From assembly GCA_965215345.1 (NCBI GenBank), contig CBDCDL010000001.1, positions 320,163-384,162 on the forward strand: 64,000 nucleotides of DNA, read 5' to 3'. How positions within the stretch are numbered: the stretch's first letter is position 1; each line of letters opens with the position of its first letter. This document shows positions 9,714-19,658 of the stretch, one piece after another. A program made the position numbers and the translations under genes. The DNA is from Spirochaetia bacterium (GTDB lineage: Bacteria > Spirochaetota > Spirochaetia > SZUA-6 > Bin103). Under the pieces are notes generated by a model. That model was not told the origin of the DNA. It made no database searches and worked only from the letters and a program-made list of their open reading frames with translations.

Positions 9714-10373
9714 TCATTCCGGTTCCCATTCGTCGAAATAGACGTCCTCGAAGCTGACGGCCCCGATGTTGACCTTCGCGTGCAGTCGGGAACCGGTCGT
9801 TTTCAGGCGCGGCAGTATGTCGTGAGGAATATCGTGGAAATAGAGCCTGATCGCCTGGTGGGGATTCCAGGCGGGCACGACTACGTGACAATAGTTCCCA
9901 TCCTGCGATACGTCATCTACCCTGACCAGGGTTCGCCAAGGTCTCCTGGCGCGATGAAAGGAGCCGCCGAGTTCATCTCCGCAACGGCGGAGCGACATGA
10001 GGATGGCATCCGGCTCGGGAGAACTGGTCCTGAGCAGGGACGGAATGAAGCGCAGAAGCCGCCGGTTCATCTCGGTCACCACGTCCGTGTACTGCGTATA
10101 AAGCAGACCGGGAATGCGGTGCCGATAGCACGCGGCGACCAACTCGTCCCCGTTGAACGACGAATACGGACCGGTCGTCTTCAGTCGATAATCGCACAGC
10201 ACGGCCTGCGCTCGGTGCGGCACTTCGGCGACGAAGCGGTCGAGATCCGTTATAGGGCCTTCTTCGGGAACGGGTATGATTCCCAGGTCCTCGATCGAGT
10301 ACGCCAATCCCTCCCTCGCTGCTGCATTGTCGTCGATGATGAGAACGCGGTCGATCACATTGCTGCTGCTCAC
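9714..10373 (-). CDS. Receiver (REC)-domain protein with an uncharacterised ~110 aa C-terminal domain. Start taken at the GTG of VSSSNVIDRVLIIDD.
   Basis: CheY-like pattern VLIIDDNAAAREGLAYSIEDLGIIPVP...AVLCDYRL...NGDELVAACYRH..IPGLLYTQYTD (acidic pair, phospho-acceptor Asp, T/K-region equivalents). The C-terminus has no recognisable output domain. GC is lower than flanking genes. Confidence 0.5.
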   Translation of the reverse strand: MSSSNVIDRVLIIDDNAAAREGLAYSIEDLGIIPVPEEGPITDLDRFVAEVPHRAQAVLCDYRLKTTGPYSSFNGDELVAACYRHRIPGLLYTQYTDVVTEMNRRLLRFIPSLLRTSSPEPDAILMSLRRCGDELGGSFHRARRPWRTLVRVDDVSQDGNYCHVVVPAWNPHQAIRLYFHDIPHDILPRLKTTGSRLHAKVNIGAVSFEDVYFDEWEPE

Positions 10374-10374
10374 G

Positions 10375-10650
10375 TCAGGCCCCCAGGAGAGGAAGTTGAA
10401 CGGTGATCTCGCCGGCGGCCGCCGCTTCCTCACCGGCGCCGGCTTCGGAAGCGGTGGCGAGCTCGTCCTCGTCCAGGTGCTTGAGGATGCGCACGTTCAG
10501 GGCGGCGCGGATGGCATCGACTTGACCGCGGGCAACCGGGTCGTCTTCGGGGTGGCCGTGCTCTTCGTGGATGAGCGCGTGCGCCTCGTCGGTGAGCGCG
10601 TCGCGCGCGTCGATGTCGAGTTCCCGGTCCTTGACGATCGCTTCGAACAT
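10375..10650 (-). CDS. Small acidic hypothetical protein (~91 aa), immediately upstream of the REC-domain gene on the same strand with a 1-nt gap.
   Basis: Internal Met of ORF 10375..10809, MFEAIVKDRELDIDARDALTDEAHALIHEEHGHPEDDPVARGQVDAIRAAL.... Upstream codons overlap nothing else. Weak call. Confidence 0.3.
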   Translation of the reverse strand: MFEAIVKDRELDIDARDALTDEAHALIHEEHGHPEDDPVARGQVDAIRAALNVRILKHLDEDELATASEAGAGEEAAAAGEITVQLPLLGA

Positions 10651-10799
10651 CGCTCGGTCCTGGTCCCCTTGGTCTCGGTGCTCCTCTGGAAGGAACGCTC
10701 GGCGTGACTCTCGTCCATCGGGACCTATCCTACCGTTTCCTGCCGGTGCAGGAGCGTCAGGAGCGTGCGGGAGCTTGACACCCTGTGACCTGACGGCCA

Positions 10800-11783
10800 G
10801 TGTCGCCACCCGTGGCGCAGATGACGTTCGCGCAATCGGTCAACGCCGGCCTCCGGGAAGAGATGCGGCGCGACTCCGGCGTGGTGGTGATGGGCGAGGA
10901 CGTCGGCCACTACGGAGGCGTCTTCGGGGTCACGCGCGGCCTGCAGGACGAGTTCGGCGCCGAGCGGGTGCGTGACGCGCCGCTGTGCGAGGCGGCGATC
11001 GTCGGCTTCTGCGTCGGCCTGGCGGTGGCTGGCAAGCCGGCGGTGGCGGAACTGGAGTTCATGGACTTCGTCACCTTCGCCATGGACCCGATCGTCAACC
11101 AGGCCGCCAAGCTGCGCTACTTCTGGGGCGGGCAGGTGTCGGTGCCGCTGGTGGTGCGCGCCCCGGTGGCCGCCAACCTCGGCTTCGGCAGCCAGCACTC
11201 GCAGAGCCTGGAGGCGTGGTTCATGCACGTGCCCGGCCTGCGGATCGCCATGCCCTCCAACGGGTACGACGCCAAGGGCCTGATCAAGACGGCGATCCGG
11301 GACCCCAACCCGGTCCTGTTCATCGAGAACATCAGCCTCTACCCCAGCCGCGTCGAGGTGCCGGACGATGCGTACCTGATCCCGTTCGGGGAGGCGCGCG
11401 TGGTCCGCACCGGCAGCGACGTCACCGTGGTGGCGCTGGCGTCGATGGTGCCGCGCGCGCTGGAGGCCGCCGACGCGCTGGCTGCGGACGGCATCAGCGT
11501 GGAGGTCATCGATCCGCGCACGCTGGCCCCGCTGGACATCGACACGATCGTGGAGTCGGTGCGCAAGACGGGCCGCGTGGTGATCGCCCACGTGGCGCAC
11601 AAGACCGGCGGCGCCGGCGCCGAGATCGCGCAGCAGATCACGGAGCTGGCCTTCGACCACCTGGAAGCGCCCGTCCGGCGGGTCGCCGCGCTGGACAATC
11701 CCGTGCCCGCCAGTCAGCCGCTGGAGGCGCAGTTGTTCCCGGGAACGGACGAGCTGGTGGAGGCGTGTCGTGCCCTCGGTTGA
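10800..11783 (+). CDS. 2-oxoacid (pyruvate/acetoin/branched-chain type) dehydrogenase E1 component beta subunit (transketolase-like).
   Basis: 327 aa. MTFAQSVNAGLREEMRRDSGVVVMGEDVG...EFMDFVTFAMDPIVNQAAKLRYFWGG, with C-terminal transketolase-C region. The start could alternatively be the ATG at 10821. Confidence 0.9.
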   Translation: MSPPVAQMTFAQSVNAGLREEMRRDSGVVVMGEDVGHYGGVFGVTRGLQDEFGAERVRDAPLCEAAIVGFCVGLAVAGKPAVAELEFMDFVTFAMDPIVNQAAKLRYFWGGQVSVPLVVRAPVAANLGFGSQHSQSLEAWFMHVPGLRIAMPSNGYDAKGLIKTAIRDPNPVLFIENISLYPSRVEVPDDAYLIPFGEARVVRTGSDVTVVALASMVPRALEAADALAADGISVEVIDPRTLAPLDIDTIVESVRKTGRVVIAHVAHKTGGAGAEIAQQITELAFDHLEAPVRRVAALDNPVPASQPLEAQLFPGTDELVEACRALG

Positions 11784-12735
11784 TCGATCCTCGGCTGAGC
11801 AGCGCGCGGAGGTGCTGCGGCGGATGTGGCTGATCCGCCACTTCGAGGAGGCGGCGGTACGCCTGTACGGCGAAGGCCGCTACCGCGGCTCGACCCATCC
11901 GTACATCGCCCAGGAAGCGACTGCGCTGGCGGTGTGCGCGGCGCTGCGGCCGACCGACACGGTGCTGGCCACCTACCGGGGACACGGCGCCGCGATCGCC
12001 GCCGGCTGCGACTTGAGCGCCATGATGGGCGAGCTGCTGGGCAAGGAGAACGGCCTGTGCAAGGGCAAGGGCGGCTCCATGCACTTCAGCCACGTCGGCG
12101 ACCGCCTGTTCGGCTGCAACGCCATCGTCTCCGGGCAGATCCCCATGGCCGGCGGCATCGCGCTGGCCGCGCGCATCGACGGCGGGGACGGGGTGACGGT
12201 CGCCTTCTTCGGCGACGGCGCCTCCTGCGAGGGGGTGTTCTACGAGACCCTGAACATGGCAGCGCTGTGGAAGCTGCCGCTGGTGCTGGTGTGCGAGAAC
12301 AACGAGTACGCGATCTCCACCCACTACACGCAGGCGGTGAGCGTGCCGCGCATTTCCGACCGGGCCAGGGGATTCGGCCTGCCGGGCGTGCACGTGGACG
12401 GCTGCGACTACGACGCCGTGCACGCGTCCGCGGCGGAGGCGGTCGCGCGGGCGCGGGTGGGGGAGGGCCCCACGCTGATCGAGGCGAAGACCGTCCGCTG
12501 GACCCGGCACAGCGCCGTGGCCGCCGGCGGCTCGAGCGAGGGTGGCGAGAAGTGGCGGGAGACCGACCCCATCCCGCGCTTCACCGAGCAGGCGATCGCC
12601 GAGGGGGCGCTGGACGCCGCAGCGGCCGAGCGTATCCGCGTCGAAGCTCGCGAAGAGGTCGAGCGCGCCGCCGAGGCGGCGATCGCGGCTCCCTATCCGC
12701 CGCCTTCGGCGCTGGCCACCGACGTGTTCGCCTGA
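11770..12735 (+). CDS. 2-oxoacid dehydrogenase E1 component alpha subunit (TPP-dependent).
   Basis: 321 aa. GTG start overlaps the beta gene by 14 nt. TPP motif region GDGASCEGVFYETLNMAALWKLPLVLVCENNEYAIST. The gene order is beta then alpha, which is atypical. Confidence 0.9.
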   Translation: MPSVDRSSAEQRAEVLRRMWLIRHFEEAAVRLYGEGRYRGSTHPYIAQEATALAVCAALRPTDTVLATYRGHGAAIAAGCDLSAMMGELLGKENGLCKGKGGSMHFSHVGDRLFGCNAIVSGQIPMAGGIALAARIDGGDGVTVAFFGDGASCEGVFYETLNMAALWKLPLVLVCENNEYAISTHYTQAVSVPRISDRARGFGLPGVHVDGCDYDAVHASAAEAVARARVGEGPTLIEAKTVRWTRHSAVAAGGSSEGGEKWRETDPIPRFTEQAIAEGALDAAAAERIRVEAREEVERAAEAAIAAPYPPPSALATDVFA

Positions 12736-12740
12736 CGCGC

Positions 12741-13229
12741 ATGGTCGAAGCGGTCATCCCCAAGCTGGACGAGACGACGGAGGCCGCCACCGTCGAGCGC
12801 TGGCTGGTGCAGGAGGGGCAGCAGGTCGAGCAGGGACAGCCGATCTGCGAGGTGGAGACCGACAAGGCGCTGGTGCAGGTGGAGGCGCCGGCCGCGGGCA
12901 CCCTGCGCCGCCAGCTCATCGCCGAAGGGACCGAGGTGCCGCCGCTGACCATCGTCGCGCTGGTGGGGGACCCGGCCGAGCCGGTTCCGGAGGTCGATCC
13001 GTTCGCGCGGGCCGCCGGTGGGGCGCAGCCCGCCGCGCCGGCCGCTGGCGCACCGGCGGCGGCGCCGACCGCAGCATCGCCACCCGCGCCGAGTTCGAAG
13101 GGAGCGGTTGCCTCGCCGCGGGCCAGGCGGTTGGCCGAGGAGCTGGGCGTCGACCTGGAGACGGTCACCGGCACCGGGCCGGGCGGCAAGATCACCGATC
13201 GCGACGTGCAACGGGCGGCCGGACGGTGA
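12741..13229 (+). CDS. Lipoyl domain plus E3/peripheral-subunit-binding domain protein. This is an E2-like protein lacking the catalytic acyltransferase domain (163 aa).
   Basis: ATG at 12741, 5 nt after the E1alpha stop. Lipoyl-lysine motif CEVETDKALVQVEAPAAG; Ala/Pro linker; PSBD SPRARRLAEELGVDLETVTGTGPGGKITDRDV. The ORF then stops, with no 2-oxoacid_dh catalytic domain. Confidence 0.8.
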   Translation: MVEAVIPKLDETTEAATVERWLVQEGQQVEQGQPICEVETDKALVQVEAPAAGTLRRQLIAEGTEVPPLTIVALVGDPAEPVPEVDPFARAAGGAQPAAPAAGAPAAAPTAASPPAPSSKGAVASPRARRLAEELGVDLETVTGTGPGGKITDRDVQRAAGR

Positions 13230-13582
13230 GCCGGGCGGGCGCTCCGGTCTTCTTCGACTCGGACGCCATCGAGTGGCAGGCACACCCGCTGTTTCCGCCG
13301 ATCGACATCAAGGACCTGCAGCCGGGAGCCGCCCATCCGGCCGGCTCGTTCAGCCTGATGCGGGTCAAGGTGGCAGCCGGCGGGCGCATCGACCCGCACA
13401 CCCATCCCGTGGAGACCGAGACCGCCTACGTGCTGCGCGGCTCGGCCCGGCTGCTCTGCCAAGGCGCGGCGACCGAGCTGCGCGCCGGCGGCGGCGTCTC
13501 CATCCCTCCCGGCCTGGAACATTCGCTCGAAGCCGGTTCGGAGGTCGAGCTGCTCGCCATCCACACCCCGCCGCTGCGCTGA
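13226..13582 (+). CDS. Cupin-domain protein (~118 aa).
   Basis: GTG start overlaps the stop of the E2-like gene (GTGA). Cupin motifs RIDPHTHPVETETAYVLRGSARL and GVSIPPGLEHSLEAG. Confidence 0.7.
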   Translation: MSRAGAPVFFDSDAIEWQAHPLFPPIDIKDLQPGAAHPAGSFSLMRVKVAAGGRIDPHTHPVETETAYVLRGSARLLCQGAATELRAGGGVSIPPGLEHSLEAGSEVELLAIHTPPLR

Positions 13583-13613
13583 GCGCGTACCGCCATGGTA
13601 GCCTGACGGACCC

Positions 13614-14177
13614 ATGGCGATCGTCGTCGACCGCAAGACCAAGCTCACCTACGAGGGTTACCTGCAGTTCCCGGACGATGGGCGCAGGCACGAGATCATC
13701 GATGGAGACCACTACGTGAGCGCAGCACCGTTCATCTCCCATCAGCGAATTCTCAAGAAGCTGCTCCGGCAGCTCTGCCGCCAGATCGAAGACACGGGAT
13801 GGGGAGAGGTGCTGCCGGCGCCCGTGGCGACGGTGCTGAGCGACACCGACGTGGTCGAGCCGGACCTGGTCGTGGTGCTGGCGCCGAACGCATCGAAAAT
13901 CACGCGCGAGCGTATCGACGGCGCCCCTGATCTGGTGGTGGAAGTCCTTTCGCCATCGACCGCGCACCGGGATCGCGGGCTGAAGCTGGACCTCTACCAG
14001 AAATCGGGGATAGCCGAGTATTGGATCGTCGATTCTGAGCGCCGCGTGGTGCACCAGTACGTGCTGGAAGACGGCATCTTTCGCGCCGCAGGCGAGCACG
14101 CCGAGCGCATCACTGTCGCCTGCACGGCCGGGCGTACCGGCCGAGCAGTACGGATCGACCTGACCGAAGTCTGGTAG
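13614..14177 (+). CDS. Uma2 family endonuclease (DUF820, PD-(D/E)XK-like putative restriction endonuclease).
   Basis: 187 aa. Hallmark YEGYLQFPDDGRRHEIIDGD...PDLVVEVLSPST...LYQKSGIAEYWIVD. Confidence 0.85.
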   Translation: MAIVVDRKTKLTYEGYLQFPDDGRRHEIIDGDHYVSAAPFISHQRILKKLLRQLCRQIEDTGWGEVLPAPVATVLSDTDVVEPDLVVVLAPNASKITRERIDGAPDLVVEVLSPSTAHRDRGLKLDLYQKSGIAEYWIVDSERRVVHQYVLEDGIFRAAGEHAERITVACTAGRTGRAVRIDLTEVW

Positions 14178-14489
14178 TCGGGATGAACGACGTTTCGACG
14201 CTGGGCGCCTATACATTCCCCGACGCCGCTCGCTATGTGGTGGCGCCGGTGGCAACCGTCCGTGCCTGGTTTCTTGGCACGACGACCGGAGCGCGAGCAC
14301 CGTCGAGGAACTCGGCGCGCGAATCACGAAGGAGACCGTTCGGATCGTGTTCCGGCCCTGAGAGCGTCAGGTCAGGTGGATGCACGCGAGGGCGACGTCG
14401 GGTAGAATGGCCGCATCGAACTGAGACTGGCCGGAGCGGACTTCACCTTTCCTCTGCTGTCGCATGACGATTCGCTGAAGCTGATCGTC

Positions 14490-15251
14490 ATGCTGGGGCT
14501 GACCGGGGTCGACATCGGTCTGTTCGAGGACCGCTCGCACCTGTACCCTAGCCACGTGCTGGCCGATCCCAAGGCGTCCTCTGCCGACTTGGTGGCCCGC
14601 GTGACCGACAAGGGGCTGGCGGTCGCGGACATCTTCCTGCAGACGGCCGGCTTCGACACCATGACGGTGAACCACCCCGACGCCGGCGAGCGGCGCGGAT
14701 CACGCGACCTGTTCGAGCGCACGCTGGAGTTCGTGCAGCTCTGCGAGACCGGCCACATGACGATCCTGCCGGGGATCGAGTTCGAGGGGGAGTCCGCGGA
14801 AACGTCGCTGGCGCGCGCCGCCGAGGAGCTCTCGTGGCGGCTCGAACGGGCGGCCGGCACCGGTGTCACGGTAAGCGTCGAGGCGCACGTCGGATCCATC
14901 GTCCCGAATCCGGACGCTGCGCTGCGGCTGGTGGAGATGACGCCGGGGCTGACCCTGACCCTGGACTACACCCACTTCACCCGCGACGGCCTGCCCGACA
15001 GCGAGTCGGAAAAGCTGGTCCCGCACGCGTCCCATTTCCACGCCCGCGGCGCGGCGAAGGGCCGGCTGCAGGTCAAGTTCACGGAGAACGTGATCGACTA
15101 CGCCGGCGTGCTGCGCGCGCTCGACGCCGCCGATTACCGGGGCTGGGTCGGCGTCGAGTACGTCTGGCAGGACTGGGAGCGCAACAATGAGGTCGACAAC
15201 GTGTCGGAGACGATCCTGATGCGCGACTTCCTGCTGGCCAACACGCCGTAG
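14490..15251 (+). CDS. Sugar phosphate isomerase/epimerase (xylose-isomerase-like TIM barrel). The true N-terminus probably lies upstream (see findings).
   Basis: 253 aa from the first ATG. The frame stays open upstream to a stop at 14403 and encodes RIELRLAGADFTFPLLSHDDSLKLIV before the Met. TIM-barrel isomerase patterns HVGSIVPNPD...LDYTHF...GWVGVEY. Confidence 0.75.
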   Translation: MLGLTGVDIGLFEDRSHLYPSHVLADPKASSADLVARVTDKGLAVADIFLQTAGFDTMTVNHPDAGERRGSRDLFERTLEFVQLCETGHMTILPGIEFEGESAETSLARAAEELSWRLERAAGTGVTVSVEAHVGSIVPNPDAALRLVEMTPGLTLTLDYTHFTRDGLPDSESEKLVPHASHFHARGAAKGRLQVKFTENVIDYAGVLRALDAADYRGWVGVEYVWQDWERNNEVDNVSETILMRDFLLANTP

Positions 15252-15260
15252 GGAGGCCTC

Positions 15261-16037
15261 ATGGGGGCTGACATGCGCGTCGACGGCCGGATCGCGATCG
15301 TCACCGGAGCGGGACGCGGCATCGGCGCCGCCATCGCCGAGACGCTGGCCGGCGCGGGGGCGGCCGTGATGGTCTGCGACATCGAGGGGGAACTGGCCGA
15401 GGCGCAGGCCGACCGCATCCGCAGCGCCGGCCGCAGTACCGACCCGAACAGGGCGGACGCGATCGCCGCCGACGTCAGCAAGCCGGCCGAGTGCGACCGC
15501 GTGGTGGAAGAGACCGAGCGGCGGCACGGCGCCGCGCACATCCTGGTCAACTGCGCGGCGATCTGCCCGCGCATCGACATCCCGGAGATGACCGAGCCCG
15601 ACTACGACCGGATCATGGACACCAACCTCAAGTCCGTGTACTTCCTGAGCCGGGCCGCCGGCCGGGCGATGCGGCGCGCCGGCTGGGGCCGCATCGTCAA
15701 CATGACCTCGGTCGGGGCGCGCACCGGCGGCATGCACCGCGTCACCGTCTACGCCGCCAGCAAGGCCGCGATCATCTCGATGACCAAGGGATTCGCCCGC
15801 CACCACGCCCCCGACGGCATCCTGGTGAACGCGGTGGCGCCCGGCGCCGTGGACACGCGGCTGATCCGCATGCTGGCGCCGGAGGACCGGCAGGCCACGG
15901 TCGACGTGATCCCGCTGAAGCGGCTGGCCGCGCCGGTGGAGATCGCGCGCGCGGTCCTGTTCCTGGCCTCCGATGCGAACACGTACATCACGGGGGCCAC
16001 CACCGACGTCAACGGCGGCTCCTTCATGCCGGACTGA
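15261..16037 (+). CDS. Short-chain dehydrogenase/reductase (SDR) family oxidoreductase.
   Basis: 258 aa. TGAGRGIGAAIA Rossmann motif; NCAA...; catalytic YAASKAA motif. Confidence 0.85.
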   Translation: MGADMRVDGRIAIVTGAGRGIGAAIAETLAGAGAAVMVCDIEGELAEAQADRIRSAGRSTDPNRADAIAADVSKPAECDRVVEETERRHGAAHILVNCAAICPRIDIPEMTEPDYDRIMDTNLKSVYFLSRAAGRAMRRAGWGRIVNMTSVGARTGGMHRVTVYAASKAAIISMTKGFARHHAPDGILVNAVAPGAVDTRLIRMLAPEDRQATVDVIPLKRLAAPVEIARAVLFLASDANTYITGATTDVNGGSFMPD

Positions 16038-16077
16038 CCCGATGACCCGATGACCCGATGCAACGGGGTGTGATGAG

Positions 16078-17214
16078 ATGAAGATCGTCGAGGTGCGCGC
16101 CTATCCGCAGCGCTACCAGGAGCCCAACGACCGCATGATGTGGCGCCACGTCACCTTGGCGCGCATCACCACCGACTCCGGCCACGTCGGCTGGGGCGAG
16201 TGCATCTCGCAGTGGCCGGAAGCGGCGCTGGCGGTCAAGGTGCTGATCGAGCAGGGACTCGGCCCGTCGGTCCTGGTCGGCAGGAACCCGCTCGACAACG
16301 GCGCGCTGTTCGCGGCCATGAAGGCGCACGACTGGTGGTACGGCGACACCGGCATGGCCAACTTCGCGGTCAGCGCCCTGGACGTCGCCCTCTGGGACCT
16401 CAAGGGCAAGATCCTCGGTCAGCCCGTGCACCGCCTGCTCGGCGGCAAGGTGCACGACCGGTTGCGCGCCTGCGCCAGCACCCACCCGTCGAAGGCCGAC
16501 CTGCAGGACCTGGCGGACGAGCTGGCCGCACACGCCGGCGACGGCTACACGGCGGTGAAGGTCGGCTTCGGCAAGGCCGGCGACGCCGCGCTCGGCGTCG
16601 ACCCCAGGCGCGACATCGCCTACGTGCGCACCGTCCGGCAGACGATCGGCGACGACGTCGACTTCATCGTCGACGTCGGCAACAAGACGCGCTGGGACTA
16701 CGCCTCCGGCGTGCGCATGGCGCGCGCGTTCGAGGAGTACCGGCTGCGCTGGCTGGAAGACCCGTTCCAGCCGACCGACGTGGCTGCCTACCGGCACCTG
16801 CGGGAGGCGATCGAGACGCAGATCGGCGCCGGCGAGCGCTCCTGGCAGGCCGCGGACTACCGGCGCCTGATCGAGCTGGGCGTGGCCGACGTGTACCTGG
16901 TCGATCCGGGCCGGGCGGACGGCATCACCGGCTACAAGCAGGTCATGGACCTCACCGCGCAGGCGCACCTGTTCTTCAACGCCCACTCGTGGAGCAGCGC
17001 CATCAACACCGCCGCCTCCATTCACGCGACCGCGACAGGCGCCAACTACATCGTCTTCGAGCTCAAGCCGGTGCCGAGCCCGATGCAGCACGAGCTGGTG
17101 CGGGAGCCGTTCGAGCAGCGCGACGGCTGGGTGACGGTGCCTGACACCCCCGGCCTGGGAGTGGAGATCGACGAGGAGGTGGTGGAGCGCCATGGGTTCA
17201 CTTCCGTCTGCTGA
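16078..17214 (+). CDS. Enolase-superfamily enzyme (mandelate racemase/muconate lactonizing enzyme family; sugar-acid dehydratase-like).
   Basis: 378 aa. MKIVEVRAYP...HVGWGEC...ALDVALWDLKGKILGQPVHRLLGG...KVGFGK...FIVDVGN..WLEDP... Confidence 0.85.
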   Translation: MKIVEVRAYPQRYQEPNDRMMWRHVTLARITTDSGHVGWGECISQWPEAALAVKVLIEQGLGPSVLVGRNPLDNGALFAAMKAHDWWYGDTGMANFAVSALDVALWDLKGKILGQPVHRLLGGKVHDRLRACASTHPSKADLQDLADELAAHAGDGYTAVKVGFGKAGDAALGVDPRRDIAYVRTVRQTIGDDVDFIVDVGNKTRWDYASGVRMARAFEEYRLRWLEDPFQPTDVAAYRHLREAIETQIGAGERSWQAADYRRLIELGVADVYLVDPGRADGITGYKQVMDLTAQAHLFFNAHSWSSAINTAASIHATATGANYIVFELKPVPSPMQHELVREPFEQRDGWVTVPDTPGLGVEIDEEVVERHGFTSVC

Positions 17215-18445
17215 ACGTTCGGGGGCGACCGCAACGGCGGCCGCGGACAGCCGCGGCACAGCGTCCGCGATGGACCGTCTGGGCACGGAGACCGCGTTCG
17301 CCGTTTCGGCCGACGCGGCTGCGTGGGCGGCGCAGGGCCACCGCGTCTATCCGTTCCACCTGGGCGACATCGATCTGCGCACCCCGCTGAACATCATCGA
17401 GGCCGCCGAGCGCGCCATGCGTGACGGCAAGACCGGCTACACGCCCGCTCCGGGCATTCCGGAGCTGCGCGAGGCGCTGGCGGAGGAGATCGGCGCGGCG
17501 CGCGGCGTCCGCTACGGCCCCGAGCACGTGTCCGTACAGCCGGGAGCCAAGCCGATCATCGGCAAGATGCTGATGAGCGTCATGAACCCGGGCGAGGAGG
17601 TCGTGTACCCCAACCCCGGCTATCCGATCTACGAGTCGCAGGTCGACTACCTGGGAGGGCGCGGGCGCCCGTACGCCTACGTCGAGGAGGCCGACGGCTT
17701 CCGCATCGACCGGGCGTCGATGGAAGCGGCACTGAGCGACGCGACCCGCGTGCTGATCGTCAACGGCCAGCACAATCCCACGGGCGCCGACGCGTCGGCC
17801 GACGAGATCGCCTGGCTGGCCGGGATCGCCCGCGGGCGCGACCTGTGGGTGCTGGCCGACGAGCCGTACTTCGATGTCCGCTACGGCGGCTCGAGCCGCA
17901 GCTTGGTCTCCGAACCGGAGATGGTCGAGCGCACCGTGATCGGCTACTCCTTCTCCAAGACGTACGCGATGACCGGCTGGCGGCTGGGCGCCGCGATCGG
18001 CCCGGCGCGCGTCGTAGACCTGATCAACAGGATCAATACCAACCACGAGTCGTGCACCTGCGGGTTCATCCAGCACGGCGGCGTCGAGGCGTTGCGCGGT
18101 GACCAGTCCGGCGCCCGCGAGATCCTGGCCACGCTGCGCGAGCGGCGCGACGCCGTGGTCGACGGCCTGAACGCCATCGACGGCGTCAGCGCGCATCGCG
18201 CCACCGCCACCTTCTACCTGTTCGTGGACGTTACCGGCGTCTACCGGCGGCTCGGCTACGAAGACCCGCAAGCGTTCCGCATGGACGCGCTGCGGGAGAC
18301 GGGGGTCTCGTTCTGCTCGCGCATCCATTTCGGGCGCGCGCTTCCCGGCGAGGAGCGTCTGTACGTGCGCTTCGCCTACTCCGGCATCGACGCGGCCGAT
18401 GCCGCCGAGGGGCTGGCGGCGCTCAAGGAGTACTGGGAGCGATAG
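17192..18445 (+). CDS. PLP-dependent aminotransferase, class I/II (aspartate aminotransferase fold). The start may instead be the ATG near 17267 (MDRLGTET).
   Basis: 417 aa ORF overlapping the previous gene by 23 nt. Motifs NPGYPIY, NPTG, and the PLP-lysine region YSFSKTYAMTGWRLG. Confidence 0.8.
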   Translation: MGSLPSAERSGATATAAADSRGTASAMDRLGTETAFAVSADAAAWAAQGHRVYPFHLGDIDLRTPLNIIEAAERAMRDGKTGYTPAPGIPELREALAEEIGAARGVRYGPEHVSVQPGAKPIIGKMLMSVMNPGEEVVYPNPGYPIYESQVDYLGGRGRPYAYVEEADGFRIDRASMEAALSDATRVLIVNGQHNPTGADASADEIAWLAGIARGRDLWVLADEPYFDVRYGGSSRSLVSEPEMVERTVIGYSFSKTYAMTGWRLGAAIGPARVVDLINRINTNHESCTCGFIQHGGVEALRGDQSGAREILATLRERRDAVVDGLNAIDGVSAHRATATFYLFVDVTGVYRRLGYEDPQAFRMDALRETGVSFCSRIHFGRALPGEERLYVRFAYSGIDAADAAEGLAALKEYWER

Positions 18446-18463
18446 GTCAGCCGAGTGGGTCGG

Positions 18464-19651
<1,188 letters not shown>

Positions 19652-19658
19652 GGGGCGG

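Noticed and set aside
14183-14467. 94-aa ORF MNDVSTLGAYTFPDAARYVVAPVATVRAWF..., a possible small HTH/excisionase-like gene after Uma2.
   Set aside because: Only the first ~30 residues look protein-like and the rest is low-complexity. It possibly becomes a ~70-aa HTH protein with one frameshift, but the evidence is too thin to call.
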